From the human T2T-CHM13v2.0 reference genome, Homo sapiens, in NCBI RefSeq assembly GCF_009914755.1, contig NC_060936.1: a stretch of DNA of 64,000 nt; one strand, 5' to 3'. This document shows, in pieces, positions 24,583-48,161 of this stretch. The notes beneath the pieces are model-generated. The model ran no database searches. It had not been told where the DNA came from and saw only the letters and a program-made list of their open reading frames with translations. The first letter of the stretch is position 1. Every line of letters begins with the position of its first letter. Made by a program: the position numbers and the translations under genes.

Positions 24583-25631
24583 AAAAAGCATTCACTTTCA
24601 AAGTTCATGAGCCTTACAGTGGAGAAATATTCTTTATTTTACCCAGCAGAGGAGTGATATGGATTATTCCAGGCAGTGGCCTAAAAGCCTGTTGCTCCTG
24701 ATAAGTGAGTCAGTTGAGATGAAAATGTTAACATATTTGAATAAATAAAAGTCAGTGCTATGCTGGGGGTGAAAATAATCATGGTTTATTATACCAGCAC
24801 ACATATCACAGAAAACTCTGAAAAATAATGTGGCGAGCCTCAACAGATACAGCAACCAATTTTTAAAGGCTTCCTTTAAATTTGAGATAGTAAGTTTTAC
24901 AAAAGAATGTTTTGTTGGGTCCATAATATTTGGGTCCAGAATATTTAGATCAAACCTACGTAAAACAACCCTTTCTAGACATGCAATAATATGATTCTGA
25001 TGATATTTCATTTTGTTCCCAAAGCAACCAAGTAGAGGCAATGAGACAGAATGAAATGGAACTCTGGGTTAGTTAGGACACTGGGTGGTAATTCTGGCCT
25101 TATCACTAATTACAGTAAATAGCTAATATGATGATGGGGAAGTCACTCGATCTCTTTGGAATTTCTTATTTGCAAAATGATGGATTGGCCTTGGTTGTTA
25201 CTGCCCCTTTCTGATTTAAAATAATATGATTTTTGGATTATTAACTATAAAAGGATGCTCTATTATGACCCTGGAGTGGCCCATAATGTACCTGCAGCTG
25301 AGTGTCCAGGGTCATGTAGAAATCTCCACGGCACCTTTCCTGCTTTTATGACAGATCTTCTTCTAGCTTTCTAGATTGATAAGGCAGTGGGAAGTAGCGT
25401 GTGAATGTTTGACTAATAGGTTGAAGCTGATTGCATGACAACAAATCATTTGGACCAGAACCTTCTTTAATTCAACAAGGCACAACACCTGAGTTTGAAA
25501 CAAAATTTGAAAAGCTTCTGGTTTATGATAGTTAACCGAGCTCATGTGTTAACCTTTCCTTCCTTTCCAAAACCCTGCAGAAATAACCAAATTAATATAG
25601 AAGTGCTAAACCCTAAGCACTCATACCCCTG

Positions 25632-26328
<697 letters not shown>

Positions 26329-27542
26329 GCCTGGAAGAGGACTGTCATTACACATGAGGGATTCAGGTGGCCATTGAGAATATGAACGTGAGAGCTGGGT
26401 TCTTGGTAAGTTGCTTACTCTCTTTGCGTCTTCTGGCCCTTGAGTAAATTACCCGATCTATGCCTCAATTTTCATATTTGGAAAATAGAGATAATACAAC
26501 CCACTCATAGTGTTGTTCCCGTGAGGATTAATACAAGTCATGAGCTTTGAACATGCCTGACCCAAAATGTTTTCATATCTCAGCTATAATTATTGTTACG
26601 ATAGGTAACATTATAAGTGCTATGATAAATTTAATGTGGAATAGTAAAGCAGATGGGGTAGACATGGATGATAACATGCATCAGGGATACAAAAACCTGC
26701 AATCCTATTTAGGTGAAAGACAATAGTTCTGATGACCCCTGATAAGGAAACCTAAGATCCTAAGTAACAAGGGCAAAGGCAGGCAGCCAACAGGATAATT
26801 AATTACAGAGCTGTGGGGTAACCGTATCAGTCTTTTATTCTCCGAGTGCTTGCTGTAGCATTTGCCCCCAGATTAAAGCTATGAGTTCTGTTCTCTAAAT
26901 TAACTGGGATATTTGCTGCCAAATACTCCCAGGGCAGGTGCTGGGGCCAGCGAGAGAAATGGGACAATATCCCAGTTAACTTCCATCTGTTGTATGAAAG
27001 ATGAAAATGTAATCTATTGTCTAAAATGGGACACTTTTGAGTGAAAGAAAGCACTATTAATAATTATGCCAGAAAAAGAGGTATAACCTGTCACTGTGGC
27101 GGGCAAATCAGGACATCTTTTTCCTGGTCTTAAGGAATGGGGAGCACCTGTATTTGGAAAGCAAGCTACCTACGCCCCCTAAAGAAAAGCCTGCTTGGCC
27201 ACATAGTCTCTCTCCTCTCCCCAGGAATTGCATTAATTGCCAAGAAAACAAGGAATGTCACAAGCTGAAATGCTCCAGCTACCTAAATAGGTCAATCTAA
27301 ATCTAAAATTATAAGTGTGAATACATAACCAAGAAGTCACAAACATTCGAGGAAAAGCAACAGCATGAAAGCAGGATACCACACCATAGAAAGAAAAGAA
27401 ATTCCCTGTGAGGCAACAAAATTAATGCAGAAAATAGAGCGATCCATATGGACTTATTACAACTGTAAAACAAAAAGAGGCTGCTATTTTTAAAAGATGC
27501 AATCTAAGTTCTGGGAAATTAAAGAAATAATTGCCCCTCCCT

Positions 27543-27990
27543 TAGGGTTGCCTGATCAAGCAAATACAAATATAAGACATCCGGTTAAATTTTAATTATT
27601 TCTAATTACCTATGCATATGGACATCAGACTAAAAAATATTGAATGGGACATACTTATGCTAAAAATTACTTTTTCTTTCTTTTTTTCTTTCTTTCTTTC
27701 TTTTTTTTTTTTTTGACACAGGGTCTTGCTCTATTCAGGCTGGAGCAGAGTGGCACCATCACAGCTAACTGCAGCCTCGACCTCCTGGGTTCAATAATCC
27801 TCCCACCTCAGCCTCCTGAGTGGCATCTTTTTATTTTTGTTTTTTTTACATAGAGATGAGGTCTCGCTATGTTGCCCAGGGTGGTCTTGAACTCCTGGGC
27901 CCAAGCGATCCTCTTGCCTTGGCCTCCCAAAGTTCTGGGACTGCAGGCGTGAATTACAATGCCTGGCCTTATTTCTCATTTATCTGAAAT
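27543..27990. mobile_element. MER53-like hAT MITE interrupted by an AluJ
   Basis: tagggttgcc terminus and gggacatacttatgctaaaaa core resemble the recalled MER53 consensus. Confidence 0.55.
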
Positions 27991-28084
27991 AAATTATAAG
28001 TATCTAAATTACATACTTCTTCCTTTAATTATGTTTCCCTTGGCTCTCCTTAATAATTCTTTCCTATGCATAATTTGTTTATAA

Positions 28085-28304
<220 letters not shown>

Positions 28305-28821
28305 TAGCTGGGATTACAGGCGTGCACCACCATGCCCGGCTAATTTTTGTATTTTTGATAGAGACAGGGTCTCACCATATTGTCCAAGCTGCTTTCAAAC
28401 TCCTGGTCTCAAGTGACCCACCCGCCTTGGCCTCCCAAAGTGCTGGGATTACAGGTGTGAGCCACTGCGCTCGGCCCAATCCATTTCTTTTCTAGGCATT
28501 TACTCTTCTGAAACATTCAAGTTTAGACATAAAAATATTTGCAGCATTCTTTGTGAATATATTGGGGCAATCTGTATGTATAATAACAGGAGAATGTATT
28601 GCATGTATTAAAACAAATTCTTACCATGAAATACTATTCAGTCTTAAAAAAAAAAAAGAAGTGGAGAAAGAAGGTCCACAATATAATATTGAGTAAAATA
28701 ACACAAACTGAAGGAGAATAGCTAACATCAGCTGAGTTTTTGCGGTATGCCAGGTTCTGCTTTCAGTGAGTGAGTGTTAATTTTCACAACAATGCTATGT
28801 ACTAATATTATTCCCATTTTA

Positions 28822-29387
<566 letters not shown>

Positions 29388-30685
29388 CTAGGAGTGGGAG
29401 TTATGGAGAGTCTTTTACTTTTTGTTTCTGTATGGTTTGGACTTTTAAAAATAACATATATTGTTTGCAACACAAATCTTAAAGTAAAAGTTTACAAGTT
29501 TGATGACATATGTTGAAGTGATCCAGTGCTACAATGCAGCAATTAAGATTTAGTACCCAGCAAAACATCTTGATTATGGCAAATACTTGATGAAAACTTA
29601 TTATATGGAAGAATGGCCAATCTCTTCTAGCAGACTCCACATTCTTCAGGTCTGGGGATTGCAGTTTATATCTATAATTGGTCCCTACTCTGTTATAGTG
29701 CTCTCACTCAATAAATGTTTGTCAAATTTATGTATATATACCCCTAAAGTGTAAATGTTCTTCCTTATTTCTTGCCATAGCTGTTTCCTCTTCTTTTTTT
29801 ATCACAGCCTTAAACTACCTAATATTTCATTTATGTTATTGACTTAAAAAAACTCAAAGCCTCTGGTAACACATCCCATCAATAGAAGTTATCAGTGCAT
29901 ATTAAGAATAAATATTTGTAGTGGCATATTATGATTTTCATTCCTAATAAAGGGAAGCTAATAATATGAAACTAATCTATAAGTCATCTCTGAGTTCCAA
30001 GTTGTAAGATCACTCTATTGAATTTTAGAGTTTATGAGCTTTCCCTTGCTTTGGGAAACTGGTTTTAATTTGAACTGGTTGAAATCCAATAGGTACTGTT
30101 TCTTTGTTTTTAGATAATATTGTATTTGAAAGGCAAGAACTTTGCTTCCGATTAGAAGCACATCTTTCACATTTGAGAGCAATCTGGAGCCTCTGGAACA
30201 TACTGTGGCAATCCAGTGCACTTAGCAACTGAAAGAGCGTGGGCTGTGAGTATGTGCAGCCTAGTGACATAAAGAAATCACTTTGCAAAGAGGTGGTTTG
30301 AAATTTGCAGACTTTCTTTGCAAGGTATTGTGAAGAGGTGTTGACATCACGAAGCAATTAGAAAATGACATGCATTTCACTGCTTGTATAATATTCTGTA
30401 GCTCAAATTTCCCTGCTCTCTACACATGTCTTCTGTTCCATTTTTCTTCTGTTCCAAGAGAATAACATCTTGTCTGTAGACATGAGTACAAGAGAAAAAC
30501 CCTCTGTCTACAGTGTTTGTCTCTGATGATCGTTCCCTTCTTGAAAGCTATTCCTTCTTCAGGATTATTCACTATAAACAGATGGAGACTATAATGTACT
30601 CATAGATTTAGAAAGTTAAGGATATTTTCTCTTTTGAGGTTAAGGTAGAAAAAATACACTTTGTTGTAATATTAAATAGCTTCTA

Positions 30686-31135
<450 letters not shown>

Positions 31136-31952
31136 CTAATCAATGATTTTTGCCTAAGTGCATAAGAAAACAAATCTAATTGCTTGCCCTTCTCCCCAAC
31201 AAGGTGAATTTGTTGGGAGGATATCCAGAAACAAAGGCAGGAAAGCAGCTGGACCTCTGGAGGGATTACAATCAAGACCAGAAAACTCTCACTAACATAG
31301 GCAATCCTCTCTCTCCAGCTTCTGCCTTTGCTTTTCTGAGACATCATATTTCTCTCTCTCCAGACTGGCTTTCTCTGCTTCTCCAAGCTCTTGACAGAAA
31401 TTGACCACCTGTATATTCAGTTCTACTATGCCCAACAGAATCTCAGTTTCAGATTCTCCAGGAGAAAGAATCCGATTGATTCAACTGGGTCAAGTGTTTA
31501 TCCCTGGTCCAATCAACCATGACTGGTGATGAGGTCATTTCATACAAGACTGCTGGGTGAGTGGGGAATGGTTTTTGGAGTAAAGGAAGTTTACATGCAC
31601 TGGCTACCTGCCTGAAAGTTGTATAGCAAGTGCCTCAAGCCATCTCTTACAGTTCTTATCTTGACTGATAAAATCATTAGAATTCGTGCAGGTGGTCAGG
31701 CTTGAAACTTTGAATTTATGTTCAAATCTTCCATTTTCCTTTACCTTTCACATTGGTCATTCATTTTTCTGTGCTTATTCACTCATCCATTCATTCAACA
31801 AATATTTGTGGAGTAACTACTAAGTGTGAAGCATTGTTCTAAGCATTTGGGATACAACAATTAATACACATGCACAATCCCTGGCCTCGCTATCAAGTTT
31901 ATCAATGTTTTACTGATTTTAACTTCACACACAGAGAGTTGAAAGACATTAA

Positions 31953-32297
<345 letters not shown>

Positions 32298-32593
32298 TGA
32301 GCCACTGCGCTCAGCTGAACCTGGTGATTTTAGCATTGTACTCATGACACTGTGAATAGGGTTTATTATGAAGATGAGAATTGAAAATATGATAGTAGAT
32401 AAACAGAAATGTAACATTTCTTTGTGAGTTGGTAGGGTCCCCAAAACAACTCTTTTGAAAGAATAAATTTGTCACCCTAACAATTGCTCTTTTATATTTT
32501 TATTCAAAAAATTAGTGGCTCTTATAACATCTTGCTCCAATTGTTCTCACTCATATATTTTGTTAACAAATGATAAAAACTAACATTTATTGA

Positions 32594-32794
<201 letters not shown>

Positions 32795-32850
32795 TAGCAG
32801 AGCTGGGGTTTCACCATGTTAGCCAGGCTGGTCTTGAACTCCTGACCTCA

Positions 32851-32952
<102 letters not shown>

Positions 32953-33029
32953 TCATTTAATCCTCACAACAAATATGTGCACTAAGTTTAAATTTATGCC
33001 TTTGTGTTAGTCAAGTCCAATCAGTTATT

Positions 33030-35530
<2,501 letters not shown>

Positions 35531-36857
35531 TTCCACAATAAATTATTTTAAATAGCAAGAATAGGAATTTAATGTGAGTAATTAGTTATATGGGAGGACT
35601 GCAAAGCCAAATAGAGGACAATGAGGCATCCTAGACATTAATAACAGCAGGAAGGCATGCCAGAGGGACAAAGGGAGGCCAGGAGTTGCTCATCCAAACC
35701 ATGATCACAGAGAGCCTGGCCAGTGGGAACTGGAGTCATACAGGGATCAGGCTGTTAGAGCTGCTGCCCTAAGCTATTGAGGACATAGAGACAAACACTC
35801 TGGCTTCTCTCTTTCTTTCACTCTCAAATTTTTTACCGGTGCCTCTTATTGACCAAATCAAACTAGAACCCGATTGGGAAGGGCATGAGAGATGAAGTTC
35901 CCTGTGACACAGAGCAGAGAAGGGGTAGGGAAGGAATGGATTTGGAAGCAAACAGGCAAATGTCTAGCACTCCCCATTTCACTGATGAGTCAACTGAAGC
36001 ATAGCCAGTTAAGTTACTTGGTCAGAGTTCCACAGCAAGCAATGTTGTGGTGTCAGATTTGAACTTAATCATTTGGTCCAGGGCCCATAGTCCACATCCT
36101 TGCACTTCAGGACACAGTGAGTCCCTGAGGACATAAAATTTTTGGAATTTCTGGGTTTGAAGAATTTAGTGTCAATTTTTATTTATCCTTTAGCAATGCA
36201 AGAAACATGGATTATTGGTTAAAATCCAGAAGTTTGATATGTTAGCTTGAAAATATTCAGGATCATGAGGGGAATTCTGAAGTCATTAAGAGTTGTGTCA
36301 AATATGATATTGACCCACATACTTTTAAAAAATGTTGTTATTTATTCAGTGCATATTCTGCGCCAGACACCATTTTAGGCACTTCAATAGTTTTATTAAT
36401 TTAACTCTCATAACAACTCTATGAGGTAGTTACTGTCCTTATTATCCCCGGTTTACAGATGGGAAAACTGATGCACGGAGAGGTTCAATGAATTTTCCAG
36501 GTTACACAACCAATGCCGCTAAATCAGACACTCTGGCCCTGGAGCCCACATCCCTAACCACTCTTTTATATGCCCTGTGACTGTTCCCACAGTGACCTTG
36601 GCAGTGAATTTAGTGACAGCAGAGAACAACCACAATGAGGGAACAAATAAGCAGCAGCTGTCAATCTAAACAGCACAAGGTAAACATGTCTGTTTATCTA
36701 CTACGTGAATTTAACAGATCTTGGTGTCTCTTGTTTTTTGTTTTAAATGCTGAGTAATAACTATGTGAAACAGATGTTTCAGCAACACTTAAAACTAATC
36801 ATGTGGGCGTGGTGGCTCATGCCTGTAGCACTTTGGGAGGCCGAAGCCAGTGGGTCA

Positions 36858-37127
<270 letters not shown>

Positions 37128-38435
37128 TTATGCCTGTAATACCAGTACTTTGGGAGGCTGAGGCGGGCACATCACTTAAGGTAAGGAGTTTGAGACCAGC
37201 CTGGACAATATGGTGAAACTGTGTCTCTGCTAAAAAAAATACAAAATTAGCCGCATGTGGTGGTGTGCACCTGTATTCAGCCACTCGGGAGTCTGAGGCA
37301 GGAGAATTGCTTGAACCCAGGAGATGGAGGTTGCCCTGAGCTGAGATGGTGCCACTGCATTCCAGCCTGGGTGACAGAACCAGACTCCATCTCAAAAAAA
37401 AAAAAAAAAATTATGCCAATTTGGGAAAAACAAACAGCTTTCTTTGACTGCTGAAAGAAGAGAAGTCTTGGCAAAGAGTACTCCAATGATAATGAAAGTT
37501 GAACAGATAAATAATACCTGCATCTTCCTTCAAGGTCATTTCATAAAGTGCAATAACAGTCAAAGTTCACATAATAAGAGAAAATTCAAAGAACTCCCTG
37601 CATAGCAAAACTGAAAAGTAACCTCTTCTGATGATGCCATGAAAAAAGCAGAAACAAGAAGTGATAATGAACTGGGGAAAGAGTGAGGGAGAATGTTCTG
37701 AGGCTACCAGGCTGAGATTGGCTGATAGGCTGAGCCCCCAGAATCAAGCTGAACATAGGAAGGTGTGAGCGTTGTGGGGTGGTGGTGCTAGTGGTGGTAT
37801 GGGTAGCGTGGGTGAGGTGTCATGACAGATGAACTACATAGTTGTCTTCAAACTTTTTGTTTACTTTGCCCCATAAAAATATTCCCCAAATTCTGTATTT
37901 TATTGCATATTTTAAAATAAGTGTATAGCATATTATAAATATTATATTGTCAATATATCTTACAACGTGTAGGGAGGCTGTAATGTGCCTTGCTTAAATA
38001 AATTGTTTAATTGTTCCATCAATGCCTCATAGTAAGATTCCAGATGCCTTTGTTTTGTTAGGAGATTAGAGCAATGGTGGAAGGGAAGGAGAGAAGAGAA
38101 CTTTGAGTGCAAGTGCCTTCGAAGGTAAATAAATATGCAGAGAATACAAAAGTCAAGGATCTGGAAATGGACTCTCCTGAAATCAGACATGCCCATACAT
38201 TTGGAAAGTCTTGGTGTATTCCAGGGCTAGAAGGACCCTAGGTTGAAAACCAGTGTCTAGATCATTAGGGAGGGCTTTCTGTATGGAGATACAAAATTAA
38301 AGGCAATGGAGACCTATGAAAGGATGTCAAACTGGTTGAGTTTGCGTGATTTGATTTGCATTTTAAAAAGATCATTCTGGCCACTTTGAAGAATGGGTTG
38401 GAGAGAGGCCAGACTGGAGGCAGAAAAAGTGATTA

Positions 38436-38606
<171 letters not shown>

Positions 38607-38734
38607 TCAAAATCAAAACCAAAACCAACCAAAACAAAACCAAAAACACAAAACCCTCCCAAAAACCTTTTGAAAGAGGATGAAGGCCTAAGTTAAGGCT
38701 GGGACAGTGGAGATGAAGAGGAAAAGACAGCCTA

Positions 38735-39420
<686 letters not shown>

Positions 39421-39757
39421 GGGTCTAGAGACTGGGACTGGAAATGGAATAAGAGGATTCAAAGATACCATTGTTCTTGCTTGGGTAACTGAATGGTGGT
39501 ATCCAGTGAAGGGCCAAGGGGGTGAGTTGAGGGAACATTGGCCACTTCATAATTTCCATCAGCTCTATCAAGCCAACTTAAATGATCATACGATCTAAAT
39601 GAAAACAATGTGTTTGCTTATAAGGCCAAGGCGGGCGGATCACGAGGTCAGGAGTTCAAGACCAGCCTGGCCAACATAGTGAAACCCCATCTCTACTAAA
39701 AAAAATACAAAAAATTAGTGGGGAGTGGTGGCAGGTGCCTGTAATCCCAGCTACTCA

Positions 39758-39910
<153 letters not shown>

Positions 39911-40543
39911 CTAGCTCTTCCTTCTAACCTAATTGCCACAGCCCTCTTCTAGCAAGACATTAATTGCTTTTAACCCTCTTCTAGTATGAAAATTCTGGAG
40001 CCTCCACTAATGGCATCTGTTACTTGCTGAGAGACCGAGAAAGAAGGAGAGAGGAGTAAGTTGGGAAAAAGATATTTGTTACTTTGAATGATGTTAAATT
40101 TAAGATACTCTGGTAGATTGTATTATTGTTCAAAATAGTAGGTGCTTCTCCCTGTGGGGGATTATACTGCTCAGCCCCACTGAGAGCAGCCTTGACCATT
40201 TGAGTTGATTTAGAAAATGAAATGTGAGTGCAAGTGCTGGGTGCCACTTTGGAGACAAAGCTTTAAGATGCCCTGAATTGTTCCTCCATCATTTTCTCCC
40301 CTCTGCCCTGAGACTGGCAATGTCCCAGATATGGCTTGGTCCTTCAGCCTGGGACCCACATTATTCAGGAATGTGAGCAAGGGATAAAACTTTGTTTTTG
40401 CAAGCCACGGGGATATGGGATTGTTTGTTACTGTAGCATAATTTAGCCTAAGGAGACTGTTGTAGTGTTTCATAGTGTTTTATACTGGAATTGGGATGTT
40501 GGGGTAATGAAAAACTTACAATGTATGGCACTGGCTACAGAGA

Positions 40544-41409
40544 TGTTGCCGGAAAATGGGCTATTGATCCAGACTCCAAGAGAGAGTTCTTGGATGTAAC
40601 ACAGGAAGGAATTCAAGGTGAGTCGCAGAGTGTAATGAGAAGAGATAGTTTATTGAAAGTTACTCAGATACAGAGTACGGCACCCTCAGAAAGCAAGCGG
40701 AGGAATGCCTTGTCTTTAAGTTTTATTATACTTATACAGGGGTCTTGACTATGTAAAGACCAAACTAAGCTGTGTCTATGTTGGGTGGGCTGACAGCATG
40801 ACAAAATTTATTATTCTATTCATTTAAAGAAAACTATCTTTGACATTCTAGTGTGTAAGTACATCAAAGCATAACTCTAGTTATCTTGAAAGCATATGTT
40901 GTTATGGGTATCAGGACATCTGGACATTGTGTGTTCATAGAAGTTTGTCCTTGCAGGTGTTACTAAACTGCTTCCTTAGCCTTAGACATCTTATGGCCAT
41001 GGGTCGTGACTGGCAAGGAATGTGCCTTGTAAGTTTTTTTTTTTTTTTTTGAGACGGAGTCTTGCTCTTTCGCCCAGGCCAGAGTGCAGTGGTGCGATCT
41101 GGGCTCATTGCAAACTCCGCCTCCCGGGTTCACGCCATTCTCCTGCCTCAGCCTCCTGAGTAGCTGGGACTACGGGCGCCCGCCACCGCGGCCAGCTAAT
41201 TTTTTGTATTTTTAGTAGAGACGGGGTTTCACCGTGTTAACCAGGATGGTCTCGATCTCCTGACCTCGTGATCTGCCCGCCTCGGCCTCCCAAAGTGCTG
41301 GGATTACAGGCGTGAGCCGCCGCGCCCGGCCGTGCCTTGTAAGTTTTAAGATGGAGTTGATTTGAAAATGGTGTCACCCTGGCTCTCTCATGCTCCTGTT
41401 TCCCTGACA
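40544..41409 (-). mobile_element. MER41-family ERV1 solo LTR with internal AluY (~41034-41331)
   Basis: TG...CA termini and gatccagactccaagagagagttcttgga motif; TSD gaga/gagc. Reverse-complement homologue of 61652-62207. Confidence 0.85.
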
Positions 41410-41668
41410 GAGCCAGATAGTGAGCAGCAAGGAAACTGTTCATGGGAGCCTAGAAAGATGGCAACTCATGCTATTCAGTGATGAAACATTTACTAAAACT
41501 GTTACCTGCAATACTTTGGTAGTGTTTATTAAGTATTTATTATTTATTATTATTATTAAGTATTAAGTATTAACATAATAAATTTGGGGGCACGGTGGCT
41601 CACACCTGGCTCAGCACTTTGGGAGGCTGAGGCGGGCAAGATCATCTGAGATCAGAAGTTCAAGATCA

Positions 41669-41950
<282 letters not shown>

Positions 41951-42479
41951 CTAGTGGTTATATTTGCCAAGGTAATAAAAAAAAGAGAGGGGCTCAGAAA
42001 ATAATTATAGTATCTGATTTTCAAACAAAGAAGAGTGAAACAGTCCAAAAACTCTGGGACTTTGCAGAATTGAAAGATACAACTGTTTCTCATCCCAATT
42101 TGGTAACAGACAAAATCAACGGCAATTAACAATCAGCCTTCTGGCAAGAACCAAATTAAAAGTAAAATCATTATACTCTTTGTATTTCTTACCGCTCATT
42201 ATAGTAAAAAGGTTTGGAAATCATTAGACTGGGGTTTTCTCACCAACTCAGAGAGTCAGATAAAACGTTCAGTTTTTCTTTGATCAGCATGTTATATGAC
42301 AGATAAGATCCCAAGAACATTCTCCTCTCAGTGCTCTTCCAATTTACACTCTGCTTAAGCTTTTCCTTAGGGAAGCTAGCATTGTGGATTGCAATCTCTA
42401 TTTGCATATCCCCCCTTTACTTCCTGCCTTGTTGTAAGCACAGAGTTGTACTCTTTGTTTTTTATTATTTTTTTTTTAG

Positions 42480-42767
<288 letters not shown>

Positions 42768-43280
42768 TAAATTCATGTTTAAAGAAGAAAGCTAGGAAAG
42801 ACGATCCAAGTGAGAGGTAGGATGTACATTTAAAGCAATATGCCTATTTTGGGGGTTCATGTAGACCCTAAGTCTTGGAGTTTGGTCTTAAAACTGCGTA
42901 AATGAGTCAAAATATTTTCTGCTTTTTTTTTTGAGATTCAATAAATGAAACAAATAGTATATAGTCCAAGAATGTGCTCCTAAATGCTTTCACCAGAATA
43001 ATGCAGTTAGTGGAAATTTTGTCTAATAAAGTCTATAGAAGTCTTATTTTTAGTTTATAGTACTGTTGTCATGTGTCTATATTTTTACACTTTAGGTAAA
43101 AAAGTATTTTAGCCAGGCGCAGTGGCTCATGCCTGTAATCCCACCTCTTTGGGATTCCGGGGTGGGTGGATAATGAGGTCAGGAGTTCAAGACCAGCCTG
43201 ACCAACATGGTGAAACCCTGTCTCTACTAAAAATACAAAAATTATCTGGGTGTTGTGGCACACACCTGTAGTCCCAGCTA

Positions 43281-43415
<135 letters not shown>

Positions 43416-43775
43416 TTATTTTACAACAAAGGTAGTATATTTTCATTGTAGAAAAATTTTGAGGTACAGAAAAGAACATGGAGCAAAGATTCCTTGTAAT
43501 CCCATCTTCCTGGGATAACAAACTGTTAATAGTTTTACTTTTACATTGACTTTTTTTTTGTATTATTATTATTATTATTTTTTTGGTAGAGATGGGGTCT
43601 CACCATGTTGGCCAGACTGGTCTTGAACTCCTGACCTCAAGTGATCTGCCCGCCTCGGCCTCCCAAAGTGCTGGGATTACAGGCATGAGCCACCACACCT
43701 GGCCCTACATTGACTTTTATATTTTAAAATTAACTTTTAATTACACAAGTAATACAGGAAGGTCTTTCTTAAACC

Positions 43776-43860
43776 CGCATGACACATGTTTACCTATGTA
43801 ACAAAACTGCACATCCTGCACATGTACCCTTGAACTTAAAATAAAAGTTAAAAAAAGGGA
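43776..43860 (+). mobile_element. Very short L1 3'-terminal fragment
   Basis: gcatgacacatgtttacctatgtaacaaaactgcacatcctgcacatgtaccc..aacttaaaataaaag. Confidence 0.8.
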
Positions 43861-44220
43861 AAACAATACAGACAAGTTTAAAATCTCATTTGATCCTATA
43901 TTTTCAATTCCAGTTCATTCCAAAATGTAACCACTGTTAACAATGTATTGGGTTTTCTTTCAGAACTTCTCAACACATTTATTTTCACTCTCATTTTTGA
44001 TCTCTCTCTCTTTTCTTCCCTCTCTCATAATACATACAAACATACATATAAACACAAATATTATAGTATCATTTTTGTGGTACATATAGATAAATGTTGG
44101 CATACTGTTTACATTATATTGCAATTTTTTGATTTAAAAAAGTCTTAAAAATATGTTTATGTTAAGACATTAAAACCCACTACATTCCCTTTGGGTGCTG
44201 AGTAGTATTCAATACTATAG

Positions 44221-44571
<351 letters not shown>

Positions 44572-44676
44572 TGATTGTTTTTAATGCTTTACTATTGTAA
44601 GCATTTAAGGTTAGCAATAAACATCTGCTGTATGTTCTGTATATATCTGTATATGCATCTTTATGTATATGTATGA

Positions 44677-44892
<216 letters not shown>

Positions 44893-45032
44893 TAGTAGAG
44901 ACGGAGTTTCACCATGTTGGCCAGGCTGGTGTCGAACTCCTGACCTCAGGTGATCCACCCGCCTTCACCTCCCAAAGTGCTGAGATTACAGGTGTGAACC
45001 ACTGCACCTGGCCCAAGAAATAAAACTTCTAG

Positions 45033-45266
<234 letters not shown>

Positions 45267-45871
45267 TAAGTAGCTGGGATTACAGGCACGCATGACCACG
45301 CCCGGCTAATTTTTTGTATTTTAGTAGAGACGGGGTTTTACCATGTTGGCCAAGACGGTCTCAATCTCCTGACCTCATGATCCGCCCTCCTCAGCCTCCC
45401 AAAGTGTTGGGATTACAGGCGTGAGCCACCGCGCCTGTCCGCTGAAAGTTTATTTTCCTCTCACATAGTAAGTTGGGTGAGTGGTCTAGGACTCATACCA
45501 GGGCTTCACAGTGTGAAGGAATCCAGGCTCCTTCCATCTTGCTGCTCTCTTTTCCTTAGGGTGTTGCTGGCATTATCATCCAAGAGGACTTGTATACTAG
45601 ACACACCTTATGCAAAGCCTTGGGTTTTCTGTCTTCACCGACTTTCTAGGCCCTCTACCACTTACTGCTTTCCAGCAACTGCTCTGATGACTGCCTCCAG
45701 GTTGGAGAAACCCCATCCTGGCCTGCTTGGTTCCACCACCTGAGGCCACTATGTGGCGTTTTTGGCTCCTTTCACCACTTTAAAAAAAATATTGAGATGG
45801 GGTCTCACTATGTTGCCAAGGTTGTACTTGAACTCTTGGGTTCAAATGATCCTCCCACCTTGGCCTCCTAA

Positions 45872-46207
<336 letters not shown>

Positions 46208-46737
46208 TAGGTGTGAGCCACCGTGCCTGGCCCTTTCACTGCTTTTGAACTGGGATGAAACACTATATCACAAGGTATGAGATTTGGCATCGTCAGTAGC
46301 TGCTGAAGGGGCAAGGTGATCCAACCTGGAAGTAGAGTGGTGAATCTTGACCAGGAGAAGGGCAGCAGGTATATTTTCTCTCTACCTTTTCCTCTTACAA
46401 ACTCCTCTAAGATGTAGTATATAGAGATGTAGATAGCCTGTTGGGACACATCCCGCATGACTGAGCAACTCGTTGTGTTTCTTCATGATGTGAAGAAGGC
46501 CGGCATTGTACTTCTTTTCATCTGTCCCTGTCCCACTTTCTTTTCTCTTCATTCTTGCTTCACGGAAATTACACTACTAAGTGAAGCACTAGCACTTAAG
46601 CCTTTGCCTCAAACTCTTGTTTTTTAGGAAACTCAGGTTAACACAATAAAGTGAGGTGTAAAAAGTGGACACTCGGCTGGGCATGGTAGCTCACGCCTGT
46701 AATCCCAGCAGTTTGGGAGGCCGAGGCGGGTAGATCA

Positions 46738-47800
<1,063 letters not shown>

Positions 47801-48161
47801 CCTGGTTTACGGATTAAGAAAATGGGGCACAATGAGGTTAAGTAACTTGGAAGAAGTGAGGATTCAAACCATGCTCTTTGGCCTCAGAATTTGGGCGTTT
47901 ATTTATTTATGACACAGAGTTTTGCTCTGTTGCCCAGGCTGGAGTGCAATGGTGCCATCTTGGCTCACTGCAAAGTCTGCCTCCTGAGTTCAAGCGATTC
48001 TCCTGCCTCAGCCTCCTGAGCAGCTGGGCTTACAGGCACCTGCCACCACGCCCAGCTAATTTTGTGTTTTTAGTAGAGACTAGGTTTCACCATGTTGGTC
48101 AGGCTGTTCTCGAATTTCTGGCCTCAAGTGATCTGCCTGCCTCCGCCTCCCAAAGTGCTGG

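Noticed and set aside
24664-25041. 125-aa minus-strand ORF in non-Alu sequence (likewise 30025-30357)
   Set aside because: Non-ATG start, no recognisable domain and no supporting splice structure.
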